This document shows, in pieces, positions 32,424 through 45,978 of a stretch of DNA of 64,000 bases; the first letter of the stretch is position 1; each line of letters opens with the position of its first letter. Origin of the DNA: the human T2T-CHM13v2.0 reference genome, Homo sapiens; the NCBI RefSeq assembly GCF_009914755.1, contig NC_060927.1. One strand, 5' to 3'. A program made the position numbers and the translations under genes. The notes under the pieces are model-generated. The model was not told where the DNA came from. It worked only from the letters and a program-made list of their open reading frames with translations, and ran no database searches.

Positions 32424-32506
32424 TTAACTCTTTCTTGTCTCCAAGCAATTGGGATGAAGGAATCAAGTCTTAGAGAAATTAAGGAGTTCATCTAAGGTCA
32501 CTTAGT

Positions 32507-32670
32507 GTTATGGATGAAATTGTGTATCCCATATTGAAGCTGTAACCCCCAGAGTCACTGTATTTGGAGATAAAAACTTTAAGGAGATAATTAAGGTCAA
32601 ATGAGGTCATAAGGGTAGGGCCCCAATCTGATTGGACTGGTGTCCTTATAAGAAGAGACACCTGATCATG
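32507..32670 (+). mobile_element. MLT1A/B-like LTR 5' fragment
   Basis: tgttatggatgaaattgtgtatccc...gtatttggagata...gactggtgtccttataagaaga. Confidence 0.75.
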
Positions 32671-32887
32671 CACATACACGAACTCACACACATTCTCTCT
32701 CCCTCCCTCCCTCCCTCCCTTCCTACCTTCCCACCCACTTTTCCCTTCTTCCTCCACTCTTCCTCCTCACTTGCTCTTCTTTCCCTTCAATTGAAAATTT
32801 TTATTCATTTTTCAAGCTCTACATGAGAAGTTTGGAATCATTGCTGTGGAGGAAAGTGAAGTCACTTGTGGGACCAAGAAGGACTTT

Positions 32888-33060
32888 ATCCTTGCTACTC
32901 ACATTGTGTACCACTCCCCCGTCCAACAGCAGCAGCAAGGCTGGGGAGCTTGTTAGAAATGCAGAATCTCAGCCCCACCCCAGACCCACTGAATCCAAAT
33001 CTGCATTTTAAGGAGACCCTCAGGTGCTCTGCAGGCACATTGATGTTGAGAAGCACTGAG
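32888..33060 (+). mobile_element. MER5A
   Basis: gagcttgttagaaatgcagaatctcagccccaccccagacccactgaatc...gagaagcactg. Confidence 0.85.
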
Positions 33061-34145
33061 CTAGAAAGGGAGAATTGCATGTAAAAAAAGTTTAAATATA
33101 AAATGCTCAGATTTTTAAAAATTATCTTTGGAAGGGCTTTTAAATTAATCTGTTCTGCTGATTTGGTCTTTCATTAATAGGTAAAAGTTGTAGAAACTGA
33201 GGAAGGCACAATGCTGACACTTTCTTGGCCACTCTGGGGAAGGAAAGGGTGATGTGCATGTGTGTCTACATTTTATGCAAATTCAGTACAGTCTTCAGCT
33301 CCCCAGTGGAGACCTACAAAAGCACCATCCTAGGAAGGATGAGTCAGAATAACAAGAGCAATAGGTATTCCATTAGTTTGAGCTTCCTGTCTTAAGCTTT
33401 CCATTTCACAGCGTTCTAATTACTTCAAGTGTAATTACAGGCTTTTACCCTGTCTCTGACTTCATTAGCAAGGGAAGGAATGGAAGGAGGGTTTCAGAGA
33501 GAGTTTTAAGGACTGCTTGTGTATTAATTATACACCTTTGCCTCATCTCTTGGGTAATGCCTTGTCATCATTACAAATGACCCAGCTCAGTTATTAGTCA
33601 GAGGCCATCTGCCCCACACTTCACCCCCATCTCCGCTTCTCATCTCCCTCCCCCGGCCACACCAGGTGGCAGCCAGGAGAAAGAGAAAAGGACCCACATC
33701 CCCTAGCACCTAATGTCCTGGCCAGAGCATTTTGTCGGGTCAAGGGCACATGGTATCTTTTCAATCACTGCCTTTGGTGGGTTGTGAGTTGTCTTCAGTG
33801 AGACTTGACACCTGAATGTTAGCGGTTCATAGGTCAGAAGATGCTTGAAGGAATTCTTTGACCGTTTTTAAGTGAAAGAGGCAAACTCCCACTTTGAGAT
33901 ACTATAGTTAGGCTAAGTATTTTTGTTATTACTTTTTCAAGGGAAAAAGACCACAGGCTCAAAAATAACTAAGGTCACACAACTATTAAAGGGTCATAAT
34001 AAACACTACTTTGAAAACACCGATTATGTGACAGCTACCACTGTAAAGTGCCTTATGTATATTGATTCACTTAATTCTCATGACAGCTCTGCAAGGTAAG
34101 TATTATAAGCTTACGTATGAATGAGAAAATTGAGGTATACAGAAT

Positions 34146-34781
34146 CGTAAACCGAAATTAAAATTCTAAGCCCCCTGACCATCTGAATGGATTCCTCCTC
34201 TTGGCCAAGGGCATTCCAAAGTTAACCTAAGAAAACTAGTTTAGGCTATGATAGGAAGGGGGAGTCAGACATGCCTCATTATACCCTCCTCCCTTTTGGG
34301 ATTCAGGCCCAGCTGACCAGCATTAACATCAACATAGACTTTAAGACTCTTCAAGTCTGATAAGAAACATTTGCCATCTTTTCTTTGACGCCTGCTGCCT
34401 GGATGCTTCATCTGCATGATAAAATCTTGGTCTCACCAACCCCGTATCTTAATCCAGGCATTCGTTTCTATTGATTCCAAGTCTTTAGACAATAACTTAA
34501 CTGTTTCAACCCACTGCCAACCAGAAAATTTTTGAATCTATCTATGATCCCAATGCCCCCCACCCCACTTCTAGTTGTCTCACCTTTCCAGACTGAACCG
34601 ATGTATATCTTACATGTATTGATTAATGTCTTATGTCTCCCTAAAATGTTGTAGCCTGACCACCTTGGGCTCATGTTCTCAGGTTTTCCTGAAGGATGTA
34701 TCGTGGGCCATTGGGCACTCATATTTGGCTCAGAATAAATCCCTTCAAATATTTTACATAGTTTGACTCTTTTCATTGACC
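34146..34781 (+). mobile_element. ERV1 solo LTR, MER4 family
   Basis: Begins gtaaaccgaaattaaaattctaagcccc. Ends atttggctcagaataaatcccttcaaatattttacatagtttgactcttttcattgac. Confidence 0.85.
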
Positions 34782-34782
34782 A

Positions 34783-35210
34783 AATATATTCACTTGCTAG
34801 GGCCTCCATAACAAATGACCATAAACTCTGTGGTTTAAAACAACAGAAATGTGCTCATGGCTCTGGAGGGAAAAAGTTTGAAATCAAGGTATTGGCAGAG
34901 CCACACTCTCTCCAGAGGCTTTAGGGGAGATTCTGCTTCTTGTCTCTTCTAGCATCTTGTGGCTGCTGCAGCTCCTCAGCTTGTGGCTGCCTCACTCTAC
35001 CTCCTTCTTCATGTGGTCCTTTTCTCTTCTGTCTCTCCTCTGTGTCGCTAGAATTGGGGCCCACCTGGTTAATCCAGGATGACCTTCTCGTCTTGAGATC
35101 CTTTACTTAATTAGATCTGCAAAGGCTCTTTCAAATAAATTCATATTCACAGGATTTAGGACTCAGGGTATGGACATATATTTTTGGGGGCCACTGTTTA
35201 GCCCACTACA
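34783..35210 (-). mobile_element. MLT1C-like MaLR LTR. With the MER4 LTR it interrupts a MIR (34020-34140 / 35211-35305)
   Basis: ccataacaaatgaccataaactctgtggtttaaaacaacagaaat...gggggccactgtttagcccactaca. The MIR halves join as gaaaattgaggtatacaga|gagagctgagtaacttgctcaaggt. Confidence 0.8.
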
Positions 35211-35739
35211 GAGAGCTGAGTAACTTGCTCAAGGTTCCATAGCCAGTAATTAGCAGAGCTGGGGTTTGAATCCAGACAGTCCAGTTCCAGAGTTCATTCC
35301 CTTAACTGCTAAACTCTCCTGTCTCTGATAAATGACAGAGGCAGGACTTGATCAGGCCCTGAGCTAAACCTTACAAGATACACAAAGAAATTCACACTCA
35401 CTCTTTATCCTCAATGAACTTACCATTGAGGAGAGTTCCCTCTTACTCAAACCACTACAAGGGCCACTGAACCAGCCCCCTAGCTTCACTCTTGCTATAG
35501 AATGGTACAGCAAGCATCACATATAAGGCTCCAAATAGTCTCCCTGGTATGGAACCCTGGGCAGATTAACCTCTCTGAGCCTCAGTTTCCTCATCTGTGA
35601 AATGGTACTACTCCATGGGTTTATTGTATATCTAATGAGCATTAACAAGATCCCAGCATCAGGCATATACAAATGTTTGGGAAATGCTATTTTCCTCTTC
35701 TTTTCTCTCCCATTCAATAAATCCCCATGTAGAGATAAT

Positions 35740-36200
35740 TATAGTCACCTATTGGCTTAGACTGGGGTCCTGGCTGTGGAAGGGGTGAAAAGGGGTGGAT
35801 AGTAGAGATATTTGAGACACTGAATTGATGGGCCTTCATGACTGATTGATGGGCTGTGGGATAGAGAGTGAATGAGAGCCATGAGGAAAAGCTCCTAGGG
35901 TCTGGACCTCTGGCTCCTGGGAAGAAGAAGGAGCTACTGAGTGAGTAGGACACATTAGAGGAAGGGGAAGATGGCAAGGGGTGTGGAGAGGGCAAGAGGA
36001 GATGAAGAGCTTTGTTTTGGGCTGCTGAGTTTGAGATGTCTGTGAGTCATACAAGTGGAATTAATATCTAGAGAATGCTGAATACATGAGTCTGGGCTCA
36101 AAGAAGAGTCCTGAGCTAAGAGTCTCCAAGTATAGATGATAAATGGAAGGGCAGGAGCTGATGGAGGAATGTATAAAGAAAGAAAAGGGTGTGAGAGTGA
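35740..36200 (+). mobile_element. L2 fragment
   Basis: gagctttgttttgggctgctgagtttgagatgtctgtgagtcatacaagtgga is typical of L2. Confidence 0.7.
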
Positions 36201-36627
36201 GGCAGTCTTCCAAGCTGAGAACCACAGTGATGTCTCCTGTCTTCACTGTACCCTCAGCCTCTGAATAAACCTTCTGATGGGACCAGTCCCCAAGGCCAAG
36301 GGGGAGCTGAGGGATGACACACTCTCCTCTGTGTCTTCTCTGCTCAGGCTGGGGATGGCGAAGGCTCTGTGGGGGGACATTCAACTAGGACAGAGGCTGT
36401 ATCCTTGTTTTTGTGGTGATAGAAGCTTCAAAAGAAAGTGAAAAGTTGGAGGTGTTACTGAGGATGCAGGAAAAAAGGCACCTTTGTGCACTGAAAGGGG
36501 CAGTGTAAGTTGCTACAGTTTTTCTTTGGGGATATTTGGCAGTTTATAGCAAGGACCTTAAAATGAATGCTCAAATAATACACTGTTACTAATTCATTCT
36601 AAAAAAAATCAGTGTCTGAGGGCATAA

Positions 36628-36628
<1 letters not shown>

Positions 36629-36680
<52 letters not shown>
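36629..36680. repeat. (AT)n microsatellite, ~26 units
   Basis: Pure AT run. Confidence 0.98.
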
Positions 36681-36684
<4 letters not shown>

Positions 36685-38737
36685 CACACATAATAATATA
36701 ATACTCATAAAAATGTTATAATTCTAAAAAACTGGAAACAGCCTTAATGTCCACGGTAAGTGGACACATTACATGAATTCTGATATCAGGATGTTTAGTA
36801 GTTATCTCTTAATGGTAGGCTTTTTATTAGTTATCTCTCAATGGTGGTGATTTTATTTTTTCTATTTCTAAATAGTTTTTGCAATGAGCCTATATTATCT
36901 TTGCATACAGAAAAACAATAAAGCCATTTCCTACAAATAATGCAATGGAGGGACGGAAAATTCTTGCTTGGCTTAAACTGACGTCATGTGGGAGAATTTC
37001 TTGGGTGTCCGGAGGAAGAGCCTGGGATGCTGGTCCCACAGCCTCTAACAGAGCTGAAGGAGAGTCATAGCAGCAAGAGATCCCAGCAGTTGCTAGAGTG
37101 CCGTATCTGGTGAACATGGGGACCCAATCATTTAAATGCCCTATCCCTGTGGATCCATTGGTGATGCAGGCTTTGCAGATGTTGTTTCTCAGCAATCAGC
37201 CATTCTCTAAATCTTGTGTTAAAAGTGCTGGCAAAGAGGTTGTTGCAGACTGACCAAAGCATGGAACTGTTTAGTAGTTGAGGTGGGGATGTTATCTCAG
37301 AGCCAGAAGGCTCAGTTTAACTCATGCCTCCCTCATTAGAAAATCGTGTGCTCCTAAGCAAGTTACTTCAAGGTTCAAATGCTTAGCAGCAAAATGAAGA
37401 AATAATGACACTTACCCTCAGGGGGTTTGTGAGGATTAAATGAGATAATTTGTACGAAGCTTTCAGCATAGGGTCTGGCAGAATATAAGAACTCTTGCTC
37501 TTCCCTCTGCCTGGAACACTTTTCTGGATGTCTTTACATGGCTCATGCCCACACTTTTACATTTTCTTCTGACTTCCTGACATTCCTACCTAAATTAGCA
37601 CCCAGTCCTTTCCCGCCACCCTCTATTTCTTATCCCATGTGTGCTTTCTTTCAATGAGATCATTATTATCTGTTATTGTATCATGTAGGAATAGGTAAGC
37701 TCCATGAGGCAGGGCTTTGCCTCCTTTGTTCACAACTGAATCTGCAGTGCCTACAAGAGTGTCTGGCACATAGTAAGTTCCAATAAGTGGATAAAGAATC
37801 CATATATATTTATTTGAATAAGTGAGTACATGTATATTAGCTTTTGATTATTATTGAGAGCATTAGATAGATGCATTATTCATTGAATACATATCAGTTA
37901 TTTTCAGATTATTGTTACCCTTAACTGCCATATAAACAATAGATCCATGTCAAGGGAAAGATGGGGTCTAACTGCTATACATTTCTTAGACCTTTTGGTC
38001 CAAGAGTATTTTGGTGGAGTGTCCATTTGCAGATAGATGTTACAGGTCTGCCTGAGCTGGGAAAAAGACACTTTTTAGATATAGGAGTCAATTTATCAAC
38101 TTGTGAGGAAGGATACTTTTATCCTCTCTGTGGGCAGTTTTACAGTGACAGCATATGGGAAGAACTGCTACTCTACCTTTTCAAATTTACACAGGCTTGT
38201 AGAAATTGAAAGTGGCTTAGTAGGCAAGGTAGTATAATGAGAAGGCAGGTATTGAAATCAGAACAACTTAGGTTTGAAATTTCGCTCTGCAACTTACTGT
38301 CAGTGTACTCTTTGGTGAATCAGTTGAGCTCCCAGAGCCTAATTCATAATTTATCAAGCGGGGCTTCACATAACATAATATCTGAGATATAACAAGACCC
38401 CCTGAAAATCAGTTTCTTCCCTTCGATTGACAACCAAGGAGGAAGTCAGTGGGAAGACCTGGGGCATTCATAAAGGGACAAGAATCTTTTTCTCATTAAG
38501 TTTATAAAACAAAAGCTCAGAGGTAATGTAGCTTAAAGGTAAGGGAAAAGTAGCTTAGCACTCTGACTGAATCCAAATGTTAGGTGTTAAGCCCTTCCTT
38601 TGCCACTTCAGGAGGCATGTAATCTTGGCCTAGTGATGATAATAATGATGATGATAGTGTTGATAGCACCAAGCTCATGATTGCCTGGCATGTGATCAGC
38701 TCTTACTAAATACTAGCTATGAAAATGATTATCATCA

Positions 38738-38867
38738 AGTGGTCGTAAAATATATTGTCCAAATTGGGACACTTTTGAAAGTGAGAGGGAACAGTGTTAA
38801 TAATTAAGCCATGATAGTAAGTGTAAACCGGACAGGCAGGGGCAAACTGAGTCATAGGTTACCCTAT
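38738..38867. mobile_element. hAT-Blackjack-type element (MER81/MER94-like)
   Basis: attgtccaaattgggacacttttgaaagtga...ggcaaactgagtcataggttacccta. Confidence 0.6.
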
Positions 38868-41800
38868 CATTCTCACAATACCTGATATGTAAAAGTGAAT
38901 TCCCCCTTAAAGAGTATTTAAGCATTGTCCAGGAGCACCAGAGAGCAGCACAGAGATGCCTGCTCTGGTTGGCTAAACTCAGCACTGCTTTTGTCTTCTC
39001 AATTTTAAGCTTTTCTGATTCGGTCTTGCTGACTGGTGCCCTGTCAGCACATTCACTGTAATACCAGTTTTACTGGTTTGAATCTCAGTGGGGAGAGAGA
39101 AGTTTGGGGGATATGTTTTCCTTTGTTTCTGATAACTGGCTTGAAAACGTGTGCTGGCCTGAGCATCCTGATGAGCAGATGCTGAAGAAGAGTGAGGGAA
39201 GCACGAGTAATCAGCCCACCCTGGGCTTACCTGGATGGAGATTAGGCCCAAGAGCATGCACCTTTGCTGACCTGTGCTCACATGGGAAGGGCCCTTGACG
39301 GCTCATGTTCCATGCAAAACAAAGCTAATTAATTCATACCCGGCCTCATTTTGTCTGTGAATCTGAAACCAAGACTCGTGGGAATGCTTTTGTAAACCAA
39401 GCAGTTATTGTTTTCCTCCCCCTCAACTTTATTAGGTTAATTTAAAGTAAAACTATTCTCTTTCCCAAATAAAGCTTGAAATGAGGAGTCTAGACTTTGG
39501 AGGAATCTCAGAACCTCATTTTCAGTTCCAGAGATGTTCCTTAACTTATTTGTTCTTCGTGCCCCAAGCCCTCCTGGGTCTCTTCTGTAATCAAAAATAA
39601 TATTTCAAAAGATCAGAATCAAATTAGCCCAGCCAACTCTCCTCCCTGTGGACAAAGGGGTGGGGACTAACATCTGCAAATTGATCTTTCAAAAACCTCA
39701 CAGAAAGCACAGCTTCAGCAAATGCCTCCCCCAAAAGGATTTCCTGTAAATTTCCCAAATTAGAATTCTTTACAAGTTTTAAAGTTCTTCCACATTTGTT
39801 TAAAAATCTACACAATGTTTACGTGTCTTACTCCTCCACCTGAGTGTGAGTTCTTTGAAGTCAGCATGCGGGTCTTATTATGATGTTTTGCCTAACATTT
39901 ATTATAATATTTTTCTAATCATAGATGTGATATAGTTTCCTTTTAGAAATACAAAAGCACAGATGTAATTTCCTACATCATCTATAATCCCACAACCTAG
40001 ATGTCATCACCGTTAACATTTAAAAATATATCCTCCCAGTCTCTTGGCCTGTAAAGAAATGGGTACTTTAATAGTTAGGACCATATTTTTAATCCCCTGT
40101 TGGGACAGGTTAGCTTTTTAATGGCTACATTTGATATTCAGAAACATTCATGATAACCAATAACTAAATTTCATAAGCAGTCTAAACCAACAAATATTCC
40201 CGAAATCTTCACAACTTCTAAAATAATTGTAGTAAACTTTATCAATAGTTCAAGAAATCTAGTTTTTAGTAAATAAAAGTAATTGGAAGAGAGTTGGTTT
40301 GGGGGTTAATATATTATTTCGTGAATTGGCTTTTTGGTTATTAGACTTCAACAAACTGGCCGTTTGCCATACTATGAATTCAGTTTATAGTGTTGGAGTG
40401 TTTCATGCTTTAGGGCTAGGACAAGGACATACATTTTTATTTAAAGCAGCCAGGATGCTGACAATCGAGAAGGTGCAGCATGGCAGCATTTGTAGGGGAA
40501 ACACAAGGGCTGAATGATTGGAAGAGTATGTGTAAATGCCATGGAGATAGCGATCTAAATTAGATTTACAGCCAGTACTTCTGAGCTGGTGGAAATGGGA
40601 TTGAAATGAAAGCTGGTTGGAAACAACAAAAGTGGGAGCTGTGGGAGAGGTCCTGAGAAACTGCCTTATGCCACCTGCCAACCCAGGTGGCATAAGTGGC
40701 TCCCTGGATGAGTAGGTAGGCCCAGGGCACACTGATAGGGTGGTCTGGGGGCTGGGTGCCCTGCACCAGCCTGGCTTAAAGGATTAGGATCAGGACAGGC
40801 TCCTGTAGCTGTTTTTTTTTTAGCATTGATACACTAGTCCTTGCAAATTGTCATCCAGCTCCAAAGCTCTTGCCCTCCTCTGCACCAATATTGAGCTTGT
40901 AGAAGTATCATACTAATGAATGTGAGTGTATATGGAAAAGGGCCTGTGTTAATTGTCACTAAATACATCTTTTTATAACTATCTTTGAAATTAAATACAG
41001 TTGTTTTCCTGGGGGCTACCAGGTAGGTAGAATGATACCATCTATGACTGAACGACATCTATGACTTTACATGAGATAAATACTTCATGCTGAGATGAGA
41101 TGAGATGAGAAAGGGTAGTGGAAGGGGGAGAGAGTGTCTTGAAAAGAAATGAGAATGTGTGGAGAGATGCTGAATTTCGAAAACAAGAAAAGGAAAGAGA
41201 TGAATGAGAATCATTGACTATTAGAACTGGAAGGAACTTAGAGATGAATCAATGCAAAATGTTTGTTCTATAGATGAAGTCACCATATCACAGAGAGGTT
41301 AAGCAAACTGCCCAAGGCCATACAGAGAGTTGATGGCAGATCAAGACATAGGACTCATGACTCCAATCCAGGACACTAAAGGAGATTTCAAAGTATAAAA
41401 GGAGGACTCCAGAGAAAGCAGAGGGATGTTTCTAGGATCCAAAGTTATGATTCCTTGCCTGTTTAGAAGTTAGAAAAAAAGAGCAAGAATTAATTATATT
41501 CTCCCTGTAGAAATGGGGCCTTCTCACCCACAACCACCCTACTTAAATCCCAGCTGCCTATGAGCAGAACAGACAGCCGTAAAAAAAAAAATGGCACTAC
41601 TTCCCAGGATTTCTTATCTAGTCCACGGGAGCTGAGATGATGTGATTACTTATGACATCATTCATCACTCACGTGGCTTCTGCTTGCAGTAATTCTGCAA
41701 AGTAAGGGCAAGCTTTGCATGTGAGAAGCAGAAGGAGAATGACTTCCCTGCTGTAATGTGTAAATTTGACTTCCCTGGGTCATCAATTTTATACCATGAG

Positions 41801-42302
41801 GATATTAGATAGTATGCAACAAAATGCTAACCTGTGGAATCTTACTGTGGGCATTACATTGAGTTTGGGTACCACCCTCAGCATCATCATAACACCCAGT
41901 GTTCAGCAACCTGGCTCATCCCGACACTAAACCTAATACCCATTGATCAATAGCTTGTGGTCTGCCCACTCTTTCAGGGACCACTGTGCCTGACATAATC
42001 CTAACATTCACTTATGTCAGGAAGGAAACCAATGGATAATAAGTCCATTTAACTTCATTTAATGAATGGGAGAAAAAACTTTGGCACTCAAAATCTTTAC
42101 CAAGAGCATAAACTGAAAGCTGTGTACACTGGCCTTTTTGTAGTGTAAACTTTATAAAGCAACTTCTTTCTGTTCACCAGATGTTTTCTATGTCCTCTTC
42201 AATTTCTCCAGATAATTACCCAAAACACTGGTTCCTTTCTTGATTGAAACTAGTAATACAGTGTCCAAGATTCATTAGCATCCTCTTACATGAGGCATTG
42301 GG

Positions 42303-42490
42303 GCAGGGCTTCTCGAAGTGTGATGTCTGGACCTGCAGAATAAGCATCACCTGGGAACTTAGAAAATGCAGATTATTGAATCTCTCCCTAGATCTTTTGA
42401 ATCATAACTCTGGGGGTGAGGCCTAGCAATTTGTATTTTAATATGCCTCCAGGTGATTCTGCCACATGCTCAAGTTTGAGAACCACTGCC
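42303..42490 (+). mobile_element. MER5A
   Basis: TIRs cagggcttctcgaagt / agtttgagaaccactg. Internal gcatcacctgggaacttagaaaatgcagat. Confidence 0.85.
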
Positions 42491-43149
42491 CTGAGAGAAG
42501 ATGGTATATAATCTCTCTCTCATGAATAAGGGTCAGAGGACTCCTGACAGCCCAGGACTTCTTCAAGGTGTCAGGGATTTCCCAGCCCCACTTATGATGA
42601 CAGAAAGCAGGAAGTTCTTGGCTTTGACAGGTGTCCTCTGAACTTCTGGAGGAGACATACACTGAAGAACAGCCACACAACAATGAAGAGAAGATGACTT
42701 CACACAGTCATAACTGTCCTCCAAACCACTGAGAAGAGAAAATGCCTGCAAGAAAAGCAATGATGAAACCCAGGTGCAACCACTGAATTTTGATAAGGGA
42801 TTTTTCATCATGGTTGAAGGTGAAAGGAAGGCCAGAGCAATGCACCTTCTGGGTGCTGAGTTTGTAAGATTTTGGTTTTCGGAGGTTGACACACTGCCAT
42901 TTTTTAAGAAGCCATATTATATTTAAAGTAAATTCAGTAGAGAAGCCCAGAGGGAAGATGATCAAGCCCATTTATCTGCAAAAGGATTCCTAGTCTGCCT
43001 CTATCAGCTCTGTGTAAGACAAATAAACTTAAGAAGAAACAAGACACCAAAAACTAGCCAGGTCAACTCCAATTTGACTTTGCATTCATAGATGCTACTC
43101 GATCATTTATACTAGTTAGTGACAAGCTATTAGAATAGATGGAAAAGAT

Positions 43150-43340
43150 TATACAGGGCTTTGGAGCTAAAGAGATCGACAACTTGCTGTGTGACCTTGG
43201 ATAACTTACTGAGCTTTACTCAGTCTCAGTTTCCTCAGCTGTAAAATGGTAATAATGGTAGTGCCTACCTCTCAGGGATGTTGTGCTGATTAAATGAAGT
43301 GCAGTATAGCAACAGCTTCACCCAGTGCCTACTAAATAAA
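43150..43340 (+). mobile_element. MIR
   Basis: Core gctgtgtgaccttggataacttact...ctcagtttcctcagctgtaaaatgg. Confidence 0.8.
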
Positions 43341-44349
43341 AGTGCCTGGAGTTTAAAAATTTCTTTAATTATTTTTCTTATTTATGACTCAGTTCCACTG
43401 TCTTTGGTGGATGAAGTGGGAAAATATGAGGATGAATGAATGAGTTAATAAGCAGTGAAAGAGAAAATAAATGCATCACATGAAAGAAGGTCAGCTTGCT
43501 GTTCTAGGCAGTGAAGGATCACATCTCTCTTTGGCGTACCCACTACTGGATGTAGCAGAAGAGGGGCTTAGCTCCTTGATTTCTTTTGGGCAACAGAAAT
43601 CTAAGGAAGGTCTCAAAACTTACCCAGAAAGAGGCAGCTTCTGAGTACCCTATGTCCTCGTGATGCATCCCCCTCATCCATCTGTCAAGAATGGTCAATT
43701 CTCCTTGAGTTTCCCTGAGGACCTCAGCCTTCTTTGCTTTATTTGGCATTTTTGCTCAGTGTGAAGTCACTTGCTGTGCTTATACTCAGCTTTATGACCA
43801 ATGCCAGTTTCTAGCATGCTTAAGGCTTCTATTTTCCTTTCCTAAAGGCCAGGAGTCCTGCTGTTTCACAAGGCTGAGTGAGAATGTGGCAAACTCAGCC
43901 AGACAGAGCGAGTACTACAGCAGCCTTCAGGAGGCAGAGGCAGACTCTGAATGTGTGAGTTCCTGTGTGGCTTTGGGGAAGTCACTTTATCTTCCCTTTA
44001 GGGCCTTAACTGTGGCAATCCCTATCTTGCCACAGTTAAGGCCCAAATTAAAATAATTGCCCCAAATTATTTCAGAGACCTGATTTAAAACAATTTTTAC
44101 TTAAAAATAGTATCAGAAGAATAAATACACGTGTACGTGTGTGTACACACACAATATTTAAAATCCAACTAAGTAAAATACTTGACAAACCTGAGCAATG
44201 TAAGTTCAGTTTTACTATTATACTCGCCCAGGACGTAGGTGCTCTCTCACAATGTTTTCACGCTGTATGTTTCCCCCTTTGTTCTGAAAACATGTTGGTC
44301 TCTACAAGCATTGCCTCTTCCCATCATTTCCTAGATTCTTGCCACAGTA

Positions 44350-44580
44350 ATAACAGCTTCCCCATCCCGAGTGCTCCCTCCATGCCGGGGGCTCTGTTAA
44401 GCATTTTATGTGCATTATTCTACTTGATCCTTGCAATATTTCTTGAAGTCAGCACTATTATTATTTCCATTTTTCAGATGAAGAAACTGAGGCTTAAGTG
44501 GCTGCAAGAATTTGCCTCTGGACAAACAAGTTGAGAGCAGCTGAGCTGGGATTTGACCCCAGACCATCAGACCCCACACC
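44350..44580 (-). mobile_element. MIR
   Basis: ccatttttcagatgaagaaactgaggcttaag...gctgggatttgacccca. Confidence 0.75.
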
Positions 44581-45522
44581 ATGTACACGTCAGCACTAGG
44601 AAACAGTGCCTCAGACTCTGACCCTGCCCTGCCCGGGGGTGCCCAACATCTGCATCTAGCCATTCCTTGCCTATCTAGGCAGAACACAGGAAGAAGGACC
44701 TTCTTTTTACTCTGGAGTTTTAAAGAAGGAAAATGTTGATGTTTTTTCTTTTTGCTTGATCATACTGGAGAGGAGCAATTTAGCGAAAAGAGCAAAACCC
44801 CCATTCACGCCAAAGTGTCAAAACCTGTGAAACCACAAAGGGTAAAAAGTTCTGCCTGTCCTTCACAAAGCTTTTAGTACAAATGCATTTGTCTGGCATA
44901 TTACTCCATGTAAAAAACACTCAACAAAGGTTTTTTTTTTTTTTCTTAAAGACAACATCGAGTTCACACTTTTATCTGAAAGTGGAAAGAGATGTCCTTA
45001 CATATGCCTTGATTTTTTAATTCTTTATTATTTGTTTATATATGGCACGTTCAAAAAATTTCCTTTCAAAAGTAAAGATAAAACAGCCTCCTCGAAGAAT
45101 CTCATCCACTCTAATATTAGCAGCTATCACCTATAGGGATTAAGCTCCCACATCTATATTGTCTATTCTATATTCATGTCAGCTGCCGATTGTCACCCTC
45201 CTCTGAATTCTCCACAGATATCTGCATTTAATAGGCCAGCATCATGTTATATTCCTCACCCCCATCCTGGGCAAGATTGATTTCCCCTTAAAGACAGCCA
45301 AATCGCTCCCCCAGTTAGCTAAGCCAGACACCTGCAAACTCCGCCTCCCTCACCTCATCTCCAAGGCTTGTTGATTCTGCTCTTGGACAGGCTCTTTTCT
45401 GGCCCCCTCTTTTCAGTTTACATAACTACTGCCGCCCGCATTTCCTTCCTGTTATTGCACTAGTATCCTAATTGGTTTCCCTGCCATCCACCGTTTATGG
45501 GGAATGCCAAAGTGATCTTTCT

Positions 45523-45590
45523 TCCTTCCTTCCTTCCTTCCTCGCTCCCTTTCTTTCCTCCCTCCCTCCTTTCTTTCTTTCTTTTCTTTC

Positions 45591-45638
<48 letters not shown>

Positions 45639-45978
45639 TTCTTTCTTTCTCTCTTTCTTTCTCTCTCTCTGTCTCTCTCTCTCTCTCTGTCTCCCTCTCT
45701 TTCTTTCTTTCTTTTGAGACAGAGTATTGCACTGTTGCCTGGGCTGGGCATGATCTCGGCTAACTGCAACCTCTGCCTCCCGGGTTCAAGCAATTCTCCT
45801 GCCTCAGCCTTTCAAGTAGCTGGAATTACAGGCGCCTGCCACCATGCCTGGCTAATATTTTGTATTTTTAGTAGAGATGGGTTTCACTATGTTGTCCAGG
45901 CTGGTCTCAAACTCCTGACCTCATGATCTGCCAGCCTCAGCGTGCTTGGATTACAGGCGTGAGCCACTGCACCCGGCC
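45523..45978 (-). mobile_element. AluS with a ~190-bp expanded (CCTT)/(CTTT)/(CT) tail, inserted in an L2
   Basis: 14-bp TSD aaagtgatctttct at 45509-45522 and 45979-45992 brackets the pyrimidine tract plus the Alu body (45716-45978). Confidence 0.95.

Noticed and set aside
45452-45926. Lys/Glu/Arg-rich and Phe/Leu/Ser-rich ORFs
   Set aside because: Translations of the microsatellite and Alu.
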